64,000 nt of DNA from Parcubacteria bacterium C7867-005 (GTDB taxonomy: Bacteria; Patescibacteriota; Minisyncoccia; Phycocordibacterales; Zambryskibacteraceae), in the NCBI GenBank assembly GCA_001189165.1, contig LFCO01000001.1, forward strand, positions 84,321 through 148,320, given 5' to 3'. The notes below the pieces were generated by a model. That model did not search any database, was not told the origin of the DNA, and saw only the letters and a program-made list of their open reading frames with translations. Positions 36,898 through 46,783 of the stretch are shown here, one piece after another. A program made the translations under genes and the position numbers. Positions within the stretch are counted from its first letter, which is position 1; every line of letters starts with the position of its first letter.

Positions 36898-38298
36898 TTA
36901 GGCTCTTTCGACTGACTGACCAGCATCAGAATCTTTGATTTTATAGCCTTTTGACTCTATTTCTTGCCTCAATTCGTCTGCCTTGGCCCAATCCCTGGTT
37001 TCTCGAGCTACAGCCCTCTCGTTTAGGAGTTTTTGTATATCGTCTGATAATTCTTTAATTTCGTATTCGTTCTGCTCCAAGTTTAAACCAAGGAATTTGT
37101 CGAAGTACAGGAGTGTCGCTAAGGTATCCTTGTAAGAAACTTCATCACCTGCAAGCTTTGAAAGTTTCCAGACGATCGCCAATGCTTCCGGTGTATTAAG
37201 GTCATTTTCGATCGCCTCTAGGAATTCTGTTTTATACTTCTCATTTACCTCACCTTCCATATCGTTATTTGCTTGTTGGGCTACAAATCCGAAGAATATT
37301 TTTAACCGTTTGTAAGCATTTTCAGCGGCTTCGAGTGCTTCCCAAGAGAAATTCGTGGGAGTTCGATAGTGCGACAGAAGTAGGAAGTATCTATAGGCGA
37401 CAGGGGAGAAGCCTTTTTCAACCAGGGTTTTGATCGTGATGTGGTTTCCGAGGGATTTGGCCATCTTCTCTCCGGTGATATTTACAAATTCATTGTGGAT
37501 CCAAAAATTTGCCATCTGGCATCCACATGCGTTCTCAGATTGAGCGATCTCGTTGTTGTGGTGGATGGGGGCGAGGTCGATGCCTCCAGTATGGATATCA
37601 AAATGCTCTCCAAGATATGCCTTGGACATAGCCGAACATTCTATATGCCAACCAGGGAATCCATGACCCAAATCACTCGGGTATCCCATGTCTTTGTTGA
37701 ACTTCCATAGCGCAAAATCTTTTTGGTTTTTCTTTTCTGTATTTGCTTCAACTCTTGCCTGGCCCTCATTTTCGTTTTTGTTTATACCGCCAAGCTTTCC
37801 ATAATTTTGGTCTTTAGATGTATCAAAATACACTCCGTCGCTTGTGTTATAGGTGAATCCTTTTTTCTCAAGTTGTCGAATTATCTCTATATCTTCCTCT
37901 ATGTGCTCACTGGCCTTGGGTAACACGTGTGGCGTCAGGATGTTTAAGCTACCGATGTCCTCTTTGAACCTGTCTGTGTAGAAACTAGCGAGCTCCCGCA
38001 TGGCATCCATGGTGATTGGCTTACCCTCACGTTTTAGGCCTTTGGTCATTTTGTCTTCACCAGAGTCTCCATCACCAGAAAGCTGTCCTACATCAGTGAT
38101 GTTCATAACCTGCTTTACTTCCATACCATGAATTTCAAAATTTCTACGCAGAATATCCGCCAAGAAAAAAGCTCGGAGATTACCTATATGAGCATGGTCA
38201 TAAACTGTCGGACCACAGTTATACATAGAAACATGACCTGCCTTTATGGGTTTAAATTCCTCGACCTTGCCAGTGAGAGTATTATGAAGTTTGATCAT
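36898..38298 (-). CDS. cysS: cysteinyl-tRNA synthetase
   Basis: HIGNLRAF (HIGH), KMAKSLGN (KMSKS), zinc-binding Cys residues. Confidence 0.9.
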   Translation of the reverse strand: MIKLHNTLTGKVEEFKPIKAGHVSMYNCGPTVYDHAHIGNLRAFFLADILRRNFEIHGMEVKQVMNITDVGQLSGDGDSGEDKMTKGLKREGKPITMDAMRELASFYTDRFKEDIGSLNILTPHVLPKASEHIEEDIEIIRQLEKKGFTYNTSDGVYFDTSKDQNYGKLGGINKNENEGQARVEANTEKKNQKDFALWKFNKDMGYPSDLGHGFPGWHIECSAMSKAYLGEHFDIHTGGIDLAPIHHNNEIAQSENACGCQMANFWIHNEFVNITGEKMAKSLGNHITIKTLVEKGFSPVAYRYFLLLSHYRTPTNFSWEALEAAENAYKRLKIFFGFVAQQANNDMEGEVNEKYKTEFLEAIENDLNTPEALAIVWKLSKLAGDEVSYKDTLATLLYFDKFLGLNLEQNEYEIKELSDDIQKLLNERAVARETRDWAKADELRQEIESKGYKIKDSDAGQSVERA

Positions 38299-38376
38299 GG
38301 TTTTATCGCTTCAAAAAAGTATAACATGTACGAATAGGGGTTTACTGCGTATCTCCAGGGTGAGATAATCTACCGA

Positions 38377-39609
38377 ATGGATCAGCACAAGAAGGTAGGA
38401 TCGAGAATCTTTCTCATCATCATATTGGTTTCCTTAGTATTTTATTGGGGATTTTACTTGGGCAAATCAAGTATCGAGGCGGCTGAGTCTCCTACTTCTT
38501 CTAAGCTTGAAAATATAACAGAGAACAAACCCTCCTCTGTCGACTTCGCTCCTTTTTGGAAGGCGTGGAATCTTTTGAATGAAAAATATGTGCCTTCCGC
38601 AACTTCGAGCAAAGAGATAACAGATGAAGACAAAGTTTGGGGGGCAATCTCTGGACTAGCGTCATCTTTGGGTGATCCATATACAGTGTTTTTTCCTCCG
38701 ACTCAGTCAGAATTGTTTGCTGCAGATATAAGAGGGAACTTTGAAGGCGTGGGAATGGAGCTGACTGCAAGAGACGGTGCTTTGGTGGTGATTGCGCCTC
38801 TGAAGGGTAGTCCAGCAGAGAAGTCAGGACTTTTGCCCGGGGACCGGATACTCAAAATTGACGACAAAGACACTGGAAACATCAGTACAGAGGATGCGGT
38901 TAAACTTATTCGTGGACCAAAAGGAACAGAGGTCAAATTTAGTATCTCACGAACAGGTAGAGCCCAGGCTTTTATTGTGTCTGTCATCAGAGACACCATC
39001 GATATACCAACAATTGATACTAAAAATCTAGGTAACGATATTTTCAAAATAGATCTTTATAGCTTTACTGCTGGTTCTCCAAACTTGTTTAGAAAAGCTC
39101 TAAGAGAATTTGTTGAGTCTGGTAGTCATAAACTTGTTCTCGATTTGCGTGGTAACCCCGGTGGATACCTAGAGGCAGCCATAGACATGGCTAGCTGGTT
39201 TCTCCCTTCGGGCAAGATTGTAGTTCGAGAGAATTTTGGAGAAGGCAAAGAAGAGATTGTCTACAGATCTAAGGGGTACGATGTTTTTACTGATAAATTA
39301 AAATTTGTGGTTCTGGTGGACGGTGGATCTGCCTCCGCTTCAGAGATCTTTGCTGGTGCTGTAAAAGAGCACAAGAGGGCGGTCATCGTAGGGGAGAAAA
39401 CTTTCGGTAAGGGTTCCGTTCAAGAGCTCGTCGACATCACCTCCAAGACTTCACTGAAGATCACTATCGCACGCTGGTTGACCCCCGATGGTACATCTAT
39501 ATCCAAAGATGGTGTAGTGCCTGATTTCGAAGTAAAACGAACTGAAGCAGACGTCAAAGCGGGGAAAGATCCACAGCTTGAGAAAGCTCTCGAAATACTG
39601 AATAATTAG
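38377..39609 (+). CDS. ctpA: C-terminal processing (S41) peptidase
   Basis: N-terminal TM, PDZ domain, [13 protein letters not shown] catalytic Ser region. Confidence 0.8.
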   Translation: MDQHKKVGSRIFLIIILVSLVFYWGFYLGKSSIEAAESPTSSKLENITENKPSSVDFAPFWKAWNLLNEKYVPSATSSKEITDEDKVWGAISGLASSLGDPYTVFFPPTQSELFAADIRGNFEGVGMELTARDGALVVIAPLKGSPAEKSGLLPGDRILKIDDKDTGNISTEDAVKLIRGPKGTEVKFSISRTGRAQAFIVSVIRDTIDIPTIDTKNLGNDIFKIDLYSFTAGSPNLFRKALREFVESGSHKLVLDLRGNPGGYLEAAIDMASWFLPSGKIVVRENFGEGKEEIVYRSKGYDVFTDKLKFVVLVDGGSASASEIFAGAVKEHKRAVIVGEKTFGKGSVQELVDITSKTSLKITIARWLTPDGTSISKDGVVPDFEVKRTEADVKAGKDPQLEKALEILNN

Positions 39610-39614
39610 GGTCT

Positions 39615-40061
39615 ATGAAGGTTATCTTACTAAAGGATGTGAAGGGGATCGGACGTCGCTTCGAAGAGAAAGACGTATCTGATGGACACGCTTTGAATTT
39701 CCTCATACCCCAAAAACTAGCTACTCCGGCTACGGGCGGCAGTGCTGGTCAGATTAAGGCGATGAAAGACAGAGAGAGTCAGCACAAGGATGCAGAAAGT
39801 AAAAAACTACTCGAGAACATAAGCAAACTCAAAGAGTCAGAAGTGGTGATGGTGGCCAAAGCAAATGAAAAAAATCATCTCTTCGCATCTTTAACTAAAG
39901 AAAAGATTTCCGAATTTCTGTCCAAAGAAAAGCAAATCAACATCGCTCCAGAACTTATTCTCCTCCCAAGTCCGATCAAAGAACTTGGAACCTTCGATAT
40001 CTCCATAAAAACAAACAGCGACAAAACTTCTCACTTCACTCTAACGATCAAGTCAAATTAA
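39615..40061 (+). CDS. rplI: 50S ribosomal protein L9
   Basis: [36 protein letters not shown]. Confidence 0.85.
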   Translation: MKVILLKDVKGIGRRFEEKDVSDGHALNFLIPQKLATPATGGSAGQIKAMKDRESQHKDAESKKLLENISKLKESEVVMVAKANEKNHLFASLTKEKISEFLSKEKQINIAPELILLPSPIKELGTFDISIKTNSDKTSHFTLTIKSN

Positions 40062-40066
40062 CCTTC

Positions 40067-40102
40067 CCCCGTGTCAACCTGGCAGGTTGACACACCACGG
40101 GG
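40067..40102 (+). repeat. second copy of the palindromic element ccccGTGTCAACCTGGCAGGTTGACACaccacgggg
   Basis: 22 of 23 nt identical to 27633-27655; nested inverted repeats. Confidence 0.6.
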
Positions 40103-40131
40103 ATGGGACTCATAATTAAACAAAGATAATT

Positions 40132-40848
40132 TTGATGTTTAGATATTACGCAAAGCTCCTATCAGTACCACTGACGTTTTTACTCCTTTATATATCGCTT
40201 GCAGCGGTGTGGCTGGTGTTTGATTTTCCAGAGACACAAGAACTTTTGGTTGTTGTAAATTACTGGTTTGATAAATATGGACTACCAGCGCTTTTTATAT
40301 GTTCAGTTTTGGAGGGCATACTTCTTGTCGGTACGTATTTCCCTGGGGTATTTGTAATCTTCGTCAGCGTTATTTTGGCGGATAATCCAATAGAGGCTAT
40401 TTTTGCAATCCTTGTTGGCACAGCGGGTTTGATGATCGCGCATATTATAAATTATATTTTGGGTAAATATGGATGGTACAGGTTATTTGTTAAGTTTGGG
40501 TTACAAAATGCTATCGGGCAGTCCCAAACCAAATTATTGAAAAGAGGACCCATAGCTATACTCGGAAGTTACTGGTCTCCGGCCTTGGGTGCGCTTACAG
40601 ATACAGCAGCAGGGATAATGCAGATGCCGTTTAAAATATTTATAACCTACTCACTCATGTCGGCGGTTTTATGGAACAGCTTTGTTGGATCAATCGTCTA
40701 TGTATGGGGAGATGGCGCGCTTTCTATAGCTTCACCTGGTGGTCAACGCAATTTTCTCTTATATGCAATTATCGGTTTTTGGATAACTGCATTGTTGGTA
40801 GGGGATTTTATAGAAAAACGAAAGAACCGCCAGGGGGCGGTTCTTTAG
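40132..40848 (+). CDS. DedA/VTT-like membrane protein
   Basis: Multi-TM, LEGILLVGTYFPG motif. Confidence 0.45.
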   Translation: MMFRYYAKLLSVPLTFLLLYISLAAVWLVFDFPETQELLVVVNYWFDKYGLPALFICSVLEGILLVGTYFPGVFVIFVSVILADNPIEAIFAILVGTAGLMIAHIINYILGKYGWYRLFVKFGLQNAIGQSQTKLLKRGPIAILGSYWSPALGALTDTAAGIMQMPFKIFITYSLMSAVLWNSFVGSIVYVWGDGALSIASPGGQRNFLLYAIIGFWITALLVGDFIEKRKNRQGAVL

Positions 40849-40851
40849 AGC

Positions 40852-41139
40852 TTACTTAACTTCGACGGGGAGGATGTGCATGACTTTCTTGAGCACAGTT
40901 TTGTTATCGAAATGTATTTTGCGTTTGTAGCCGAGCTTGACCTCACCTGCCTTGAGGGCAAACAGGGTGTGATCCTTGCCTATACCCACGTTCTTTCCGG
41001 GGAGAACGTCTGTACCTCTTTGGCGAACCAAAACTGACCCGACCTTGGCAAAAGAGCCGTGGGTAAGCTTAACACCCAAGTATTTTGGATTGGAATCTCG
41101 GCCGTTTTTGGTTGTACCTGCGGACTTTTTATGTGCCAT
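40852..41139 (-). CDS. rpmA: 50S ribosomal protein L27
   Basis: [24 protein letters not shown].. Confidence 0.9.
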   Translation of the reverse strand: MAHKKSAGTTKNGRDSNPKYLGVKLTHGSFAKVGSVLVRQRGTDVLPGKNVGIGKDHTLFALKAGEVKLGYKRKIHFDNKTVLKKVMHILPVEVK

Positions 41140-41159
41140 AACGTTGTATAATTAGCCAG

Positions 41160-41624
41160 ATGAGTATACCCAAAGAGCCAGATAAAATCAAGACCACAGA
41201 GAGCTTGGTGACCACAGAAACTGTCTCTTTTGGTCCAAATGGCCATATAGAAGATAAATCAGTCCTAGCTAGGTACTTTTGGGCTATTTGCCTGATATTG
41301 GTGTCGCTCCTCAGTTTTGGTGTGGGGAGGCTATCAAAGGTGGGGGTTGGGGGTGAGATAAAATTTACTTATGATCCGAGCCTATCTGCTTTAATGCAGA
41401 GTCAAAAATCTGAAAAGCAAACAAAATCGACAGAGGCCAATATCGATCAAATAAATACCTCAACAAATGTAGCTGTGGTCGCTTCGAGTAAGGGAACCAA
41501 GTATCACTACCCAAATTGTCCTGGGGCTCGCACTATTTCAGAAAAAAATAAAATATCTTTTGCAAGTGTGGCCATGGCCGAATCAGCAGGTTACACACTA
41601 GCCTTGAACTGCAAACCGAAATAA
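41160..41624 (+). CDS. membrane-anchored protein with a C-terminal Ada-like Cys-rich (zinc-binding) domain
   Basis: One TM (ARYFWAICLILVSLLSFGVG). C-terminal KYHYPNCPGARTISEKNKISFASVAMAESAGYTLALNCKP parallels the Ada N-terminal metal-binding motif YCRPSCRAR..ENV.F..EA..AGFRPCKRC. Confidence 0.45.
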   Translation: MSIPKEPDKIKTTESLVTTETVSFGPNGHIEDKSVLARYFWAICLILVSLLSFGVGRLSKVGVGGEIKFTYDPSLSALMQSQKSEKQTKSTEANIDQINTSTNVAVVASSKGTKYHYPNCPGARTISEKNKISFASVAMAESAGYTLALNCKPK

Positions 41625-41670
41625 TTAGGTGATAGAGAGAATAGAAAAATTGTGCGATAATTGAGGATAA

Positions 41671-42966
41671 ATGATGATTAAACGACCTAAACCGGCCGGA
41701 CTCGGCAGATCTTTGTCTCTTGGTTGGTTTCTTGCATACAGACAAGTCAGGAGATCTAGTTGGGCTACGACAGCCCTCATTGTTTTTGTGATGATGCTGA
41801 CATTCTTAAACCTTGTTGTCGTCCGGGGTGTGCTGGTCGGACTTATCCAGGGATCTACAGATGTTTATAAAAAATATTACGCTGGGGATATCATCATCTC
41901 ATCGCTCCCTAAAAAGGATTATATAGAGAACAGTCCAAATATAGTGAACATCGTTGATGGGCTACCATGGGTAGAAAGTTATTCGGCTAGATATGTTGTC
42001 GGGGGTACAGTTGAAGCAGAATATAAAACCAAATTAAGAGAAACAGATGCAGCGAACCAAGCAAGTGGCTTGGTCGCTGGGATAGACCCGATCAAAGAGG
42101 ATCAAACCACAAACCTTTCCAAGAAAATGGTTGAGGGCGAGTATCTAACTCCATCAGATACGGATTCCGTTCTCCTCGGGTCAACTCTGTTGAAAAAGTA
42201 TACAAATGTAGATGTGCCAGGGTTTACTTTGCTCGAGAGAGTTAATATCGGAGATAGGGTCAGATTAAAAATAGGAGAAAATGTTAGAGAAGTTACCGTC
42301 AAGGGGTTTATCCAAACCAAAACAGATGTTGATCAACGCATCATCATGCTTGATTCAACTCTGCGCAATCTTATCGGTAGAGGCGACTACAATGTGGATG
42401 AGATTGCGGTCAAACTCGTCCCGGGCTCGGATGTTTTAGTGGTAAAGAGCGCTTTACAAAAGAGTGGGGTGGGGGAGACTGCTCGAGTCCAGACCGCTGA
42501 CGAAGCTCTACCCAGCTTCCTCATAGATATAAAAAATACTTTTGCTGTGCTTGGTAACGTGGTCGGCTCTATCGGTTTGGTGGTGGCATCTATTACTATT
42601 TTTATCGTCATATTCATTAATGCGATCACCCGCAGGAAGTATATCGGGATCTTGAAGGGAATAGGGATCAACTCTATCTCTATTGAGTTCGCATATGTGC
42701 TTCAGTCGGTTTTCTACGCACTCCTCGGTATTTTGTTTGGAATGTTAATCCTCTACGGACTCCTGGTGCCGTTTGTTGATGCACATCCGATCAAGTTCCC
42801 ATTTTCTGATGGCATTCTAGTTGCTGAACTTTCTTCTACTCTTATCCGTGCGGGGTTACTCATGTTCGCGACGATTATCGCAGGCTACATCCCCGCGAGA
42901 ATCGTGGTCAAGCAAAATACGCTTGATGCGATATTGGGTAGGTCTAGTGAAAAACCAAAAAAATGA
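41671..42966 (+). CDS. ABC transporter permease, FtsX/MacB-type
   Basis: N-terminal TM, large extracytoplasmic domain and C-terminal FtsX-like 3-TM bundle. Confidence 0.7.
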   Translation: MMIKRPKPAGLGRSLSLGWFLAYRQVRRSSWATTALIVFVMMLTFLNLVVVRGVLVGLIQGSTDVYKKYYAGDIIISSLPKKDYIENSPNIVNIVDGLPWVESYSARYVVGGTVEAEYKTKLRETDAANQASGLVAGIDPIKEDQTTNLSKKMVEGEYLTPSDTDSVLLGSTLLKKYTNVDVPGFTLLERVNIGDRVRLKIGENVREVTVKGFIQTKTDVDQRIIMLDSTLRNLIGRGDYNVDEIAVKLVPGSDVLVVKSALQKSGVGETARVQTADEALPSFLIDIKNTFAVLGNVVGSIGLVVASITIFIVIFINAITRRKYIGILKGIGINSISIEFAYVLQSVFYALLGILFGMLILYGLLVPFVDAHPIKFPFSDGILVAELSSTLIRAGLLMFATIIAGYIPARIVVKQNTLDAILGRSSEKPKK

Positions 42967-43646
42967 TTGAAGTAAAAAATCTAGTAAAGAAATTTGAGAG
43001 TGGTGAAGGTGTGCTTCTTGCTGTTAACAATGTTTCTTTCAGCGTAAGCACTGGAGAATTTGTGGCTATCACAGGGAGGTCGGGTTCAGGTAAATCAACC
43101 CTAATGTATCAGCTCGGCTTACTGGATCACCCATCTGAAGGGAGGATTATTATCGACGGTGAAGACATCACAGATCTGCCACACCATGAGAGAACATCTA
43201 TTCGTCTGAATTCTCTTGGGTATGTGTTTCAGGATTATGCCTTGCTACCAGAATTATCTGCTATAGAAAATGTACTCATCCCTCTCCTTATGCAGGGATT
43301 GCCACAAACGGAGGCACTAGAGAAAGCCAAAAATTCGCTTGTCCGCATAGGACTTGGAGATCGTTTGCACCACCTTCCATCTCAGCTTTCTGGTGGGCAA
43401 CAACAACGTGTTTCTATTGCTAGGGCGATAGCCCATGATCCGAAAATTATTTTTGCAGATGAGCCAACAGCAAACCTAGATTCAGAATCGTCTCTTTTGG
43501 TTTTAAAAAACTTTATTGAATTAAATAACGAAGGGCAGACTATTCTCATGGTCACTCATGAGCCAGAGTATGCGGCGATGGCTCACAGAGTGATAACTCT
43601 TTCAGATGGAGAAATATCAAGTGACAAGTGGAATAAAATAAAATAA
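42963..43646 (+). CDS. ABC transporter ATP-binding protein (MacB/LolD-type)
   Basis: GRSGSGKSTL, LSGGQQQRVSIARA, IFADEPT. Confidence 0.9.
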   Translation: MIEVKNLVKKFESGEGVLLAVNNVSFSVSTGEFVAITGRSGSGKSTLMYQLGLLDHPSEGRIIIDGEDITDLPHHERTSIRLNSLGYVFQDYALLPELSAIENVLIPLLMQGLPQTEALEKAKNSLVRIGLGDRLHHLPSQLSGGQQQRVSIARAIAHDPKIIFADEPTANLDSESSLLVLKNFIELNNEGQTILMVTHEPEYAAMAHRVITLSDGEISSDKWNKIK

Positions 43647-43664
43647 GGTATAGTAGTAACCCAT

Positions 43665-45224
43665 ATGATAAAAAACAAACTCAGCATCCTGGTAAATAAA
43701 ATAAAATCACTATCCAAAAGACAGAGGATATTTTCTATAATTGGCATTATAGTTTTGTTTTTTATTCTCTCTAGTATAGGAGGGGAAGATAAAACAGAAG
43801 TCGTGTTAGTGACTAGGGGGACAGTAGAAGAAGAAGTTTTGGTGACCGGTAAAACAAAATCACGTACTGAGGTCAACTTGGGGTTCGAGGCTTCTGGTAG
43901 AATTGTTTTCTCTAATGTAGAAGTTGGATCCAAGGTTTATGAAGGGCAAACGCTCGTCGAGTTGGATCAGAGTGACCTATTGGCTAAACTGCGTAAAGCA
44001 GATGCTAATTTGAACCAGGCTTTGGTAGAACTTGAGTCGACCAAGAGGACCAGTGTTGTCTCAAACCAAACTGCAGAGGACGCTCTACTTCTCAATCTGA
44101 AGGATGCATACATAAAATCTGATAATGCTGTAAGGAACAGCATCGACCAGTTCTTCACTAACCCAGTCGGACAAACACGCAAATTCAACCCTTCGATAAT
44201 AGTGGACGGTTTTACTTATTATGGAGATATTAATGAAAGTGTAAAAAAAGATATAACTGCAGATAGGCAGATGATCGAGAAACTCCTATCTGAATGGGAA
44301 TTGGCACAAGCAAGCCTCAATAAACAAAGTGATTTGGAGGAGGGATTCATGCTCGCGCAAAATAATTTGAATCAAGTGCAGGTTTTTGTAGAGAAAGTCG
44401 CAAATGCCATAAACTCTTTCTCCTACAAAGATCAGAATTATAATGTGATCAGGAACAATGACACCATAGAGAGTTACAAGGCCACCATGTCGGTGACTCG
44501 AACATCTCTAACTACAGTAGGTACAAATATGCTGGCTGCGAAGGATAAGTACAACAGCGCACCACAGGAGGTGGGGATGGGTAAATCACTCGATCTAGTG
44601 CTTATCGAAGAGGCCAAGATAGAATCTCTTCGTGCTGATAAGGCACTCATAGAAGCAGATTTGAGGAAGACAGTGTTAAGGTCACCTATAAATGGTTTGG
44701 TGACAAAGATGGATGCCAAGAAAGGAGAGATAGTGACTACGGGAGGATCTTTGGTTGGTATAATTTCTGACGAATTACTCCAGATAGAGGCTTTTGTATC
44801 CGAGGTGAACATAGGCAAGGTCAGGGTGGGGAACAGGGTGTCGGTAGAGTTCGATGCGATCAAAGATACAGAGTATTCGGGCAAAGTAGTTTATGTTGAC
44901 CCAGCTTCAACCTTGGTCGATGGTGTGCCAACATACAAAGTCACGGTTATCTTTGATAATAGTGATACAAGCAAGGATCTGTCTGTTATTCGAAGTGGTC
45001 TGACAGCAAACTTGAAGATAGAAACCAAGAAAATAGAAGACGTTCTAAAGATCCCTGAATACGCCCTAGAGAAGAGATCCGATGGTAATTTTGTCCTTGT
45101 GCTATCAGATAGTGGGGAAGAGGAGAGGGAAGTGGAGGTGGGTCTACGAGGAAAGGATGGCCAAATTGAAGTAATCTCCGGTCTTTCTGTGGATGAAAAG
45201 ATCAAAGTTTCTGCAAGTAACTAA
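43665..45224 (+). CDS. HlyD-like periplasmic adaptor / membrane fusion protein
   Basis: N-terminal TM, lipoyl-like beta segments flanking a long coiled coil, C-terminal beta-barrel. Confidence 0.6.
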   Translation: MIKNKLSILVNKIKSLSKRQRIFSIIGIIVLFFILSSIGGEDKTEVVLVTRGTVEEEVLVTGKTKSRTEVNLGFEASGRIVFSNVEVGSKVYEGQTLVELDQSDLLAKLRKADANLNQALVELESTKRTSVVSNQTAEDALLLNLKDAYIKSDNAVRNSIDQFFTNPVGQTRKFNPSIIVDGFTYYGDINESVKKDITADRQMIEKLLSEWELAQASLNKQSDLEEGFMLAQNNLNQVQVFVEKVANAINSFSYKDQNYNVIRNNDTIESYKATMSVTRTSLTTVGTNMLAAKDKYNSAPQEVGMGKSLDLVLIEEAKIESLRADKALIEADLRKTVLRSPINGLVTKMDAKKGEIVTTGGSLVGIISDELLQIEAFVSEVNIGKVRVGNRVSVEFDAIKDTEYSGKVVYVDPASTLVDGVPTYKVTVIFDNSDTSKDLSVIRSGLTANLKIETKKIEDVLKIPEYALEKRSDGNFVLVLSDSGEEEREVEVGLRGKDGQIEVISGLSVDEKIKVSASN

Positions 45225-45317
45225 AACCTTGAAAAAGAGCTAAAATAGTGGTGTGGAGATACAGTTAAAACACGGCTATAAATAAGGGTATTGTTAGTTT
45301 TTGAATGACTAAAAAGC

Positions 45318-45375
45318 TTGACTTTTGGTTTGTAAAATGCTAGTATAAAAGGGAATCAGCAAGGGCTGATTTTTC
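45318..45375 (+). promoter_or_regulatory. promoter TTGACT-N17-TGcTAGTAT followed 9 nt later by hairpin atcagc-aagg-gctgat plus T-tract; possible attenuator or small RNA
   Basis: Located in a 277-nt intergenic gap; hairpin at 45355-45370 then ttttcgttt. Confidence 0.35.
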
Positions 45376-45501
45376 GTTTGGGGGTGATATGTCGGTAACT
45401 GCGTCCCAAATTTAAAAGTTTATCCTACTGTTATTTTACAGCTTACGACCCTCAGTCTTCTCTTCAGCCTCTCATCCTCGGCTGCTGCAGTCCTACCTGC
45501 G

Positions 45502-45930
45502 ATGCTCCCGTCTGATCAGGCGATAGCCCTTCCGGAAGTAGCGATAACAGAGTCCTTGGAACCAGAGATAGTTGAATCAGAAGATTATGAGCCGATTACT
45601 GACACTGAAAACGTAGAACGTTTCGTCGCCGATTACTTCGAGGATACACCTATTCTCGCTCGTATCGCCGAATGTGAGTCACAGTATCGCCAGTTTAATT
45701 CTAAAGGTGATGTGCTACGTGGGGTAGAGAACCCACTCGATGTCGGTGTGATGCAGATCAATGAGAAGTATCACCTCGAAGATTCGAAAAAGCTCGGGTT
45801 TAACATCTACCATATCGAAGGGAATGTCGCTTATGCGGAATACCTATACGAGAAGCAGGGTGCTAAACCATGGATGTCTTCTTCTCCTTGTTGGGCAAAA
45901 TATACCCACAAGGAACTAGCAAGGAAGTAA
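45502..45930 (+). CDS. lytic transglycosylase (SLT-domain) protein
   Basis: AECESQYRQFNS (E-S motif), VGVMQIN, NVAYAEYLY. Confidence 0.5.
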   Translation: MLPSDQAIALPEVAITESLEPEIVESEDYEPITDTENVERFVADYFEDTPILARIAECESQYRQFNSKGDVLRGVENPLDVGVMQINEKYHLEDSKKLGFNIYHIEGNVAYAEYLYEKQGAKPWMSSSPCWAKYTHKELARK

Positions 45931-45938
45931 TCCTCATA

Positions 45939-45975
45939 AAACCCCGTTGCAGAAATGCACGGGGTTTTATGTTGT
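45939..45975 (+). terminator. rho-independent terminator aaaccccg-ttgcagaaatgca-cggggttt plus T-tail
   Basis: 8-bp stem after the SLT stop; followed by promoter TTGACT(45978)-N17-TATTAT(46001) for island F. Confidence 0.6.
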
Positions 45976-46057
45976 TATTGACTATTTATATATTTTGGGT
46001 TATTATTTATAAAGGCAGTTCCGTAGTAAAACAGCAACATTACTATCACCGCCGGGG

Positions 46058-46549
46058 ATGATTAATATGGAAGAGACGACCCGCAGGTTTGTTTTCATCA
46101 GCAAGGAACCGATCTTCAGGGTCGAGTCGAGGCCGATCACGGGTCGAGTGCTACGTCAGTGGCACTCGAAGATCGATCACCACACGGCCTACTGGGCACT
46201 CATATCCGCGGACGAGGATCTCTATTCGGGAATCTTCAGCTTCAAGAACCCAAGCGCGGTGGACCTGTGGAGCTTCGGCATCAGCCAGCAACAGGTCGAC
46301 CACTTCCTCATCTACGTCGGTCATGGGATGCGGATGCAAGACGTGGTTGAACAGTTCAACCAGGCCAACATCGATCCGGCCAAGGTGACCTACGTCGTGT
46401 GCCCGTGCCAGACCATCGACGAGAAAGGGGAGTACCTCAACCTCGTCAGAAGCTGGGGCTCTCGTGCTAAGGTCATCGGCTGTGGTGTCTCGGCCATGGA
46501 GATGGGTGCTCTCATCCAGGAATACCTGGAGACGGGCGAGGTCAAGTAA
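46058..46549 (+). CDS. hypothetical protein (high GC); CPC..GCG cysteine pairs
   Basis: 163 aa, GC about 60%, GGGGA RBS. No recognised family. Confidence 0.4.
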   Translation: MINMEETTRRFVFISKEPIFRVESRPITGRVLRQWHSKIDHHTAYWALISADEDLYSGIFSFKNPSAVDLWSFGISQQQVDHFLIYVGHGMRMQDVVEQFNQANIDPAKVTYVVCPCQTIDEKGEYLNLVRSWGSRAKVIGCGVSAMEMGALIQEYLETGEVK

Positions 46550-46783
46550 GCCTCTGACCATCGGTGTAATGTTGTGTGTTCACAAAGCCTGCCTCCACTG
46601 GAGAGCGGGCTTTCTTCTTGGGGGAGAGACTTATATAAGAATAGATGAACGTCGCACAATATATCTTTGCGGTATCTAATATAGGAAGCTTTTGACCGAA
46701 CCACTTCCCCACAGGCAATTTAATTTTTTGACCCAACCCATCAAGTAGTCACAAATTAAATATTTATTTTATTTTAAATTATT

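Noticed and set aside
46151-46561. Antisense or alternate-frame ORFs across island F (46089-46388, 46159-46350, 46151-46561, 46390-46704)
   Set aside because: Overlapping frames in a GC-rich segment. Only 46058-46549 has an RBS and a promoter.
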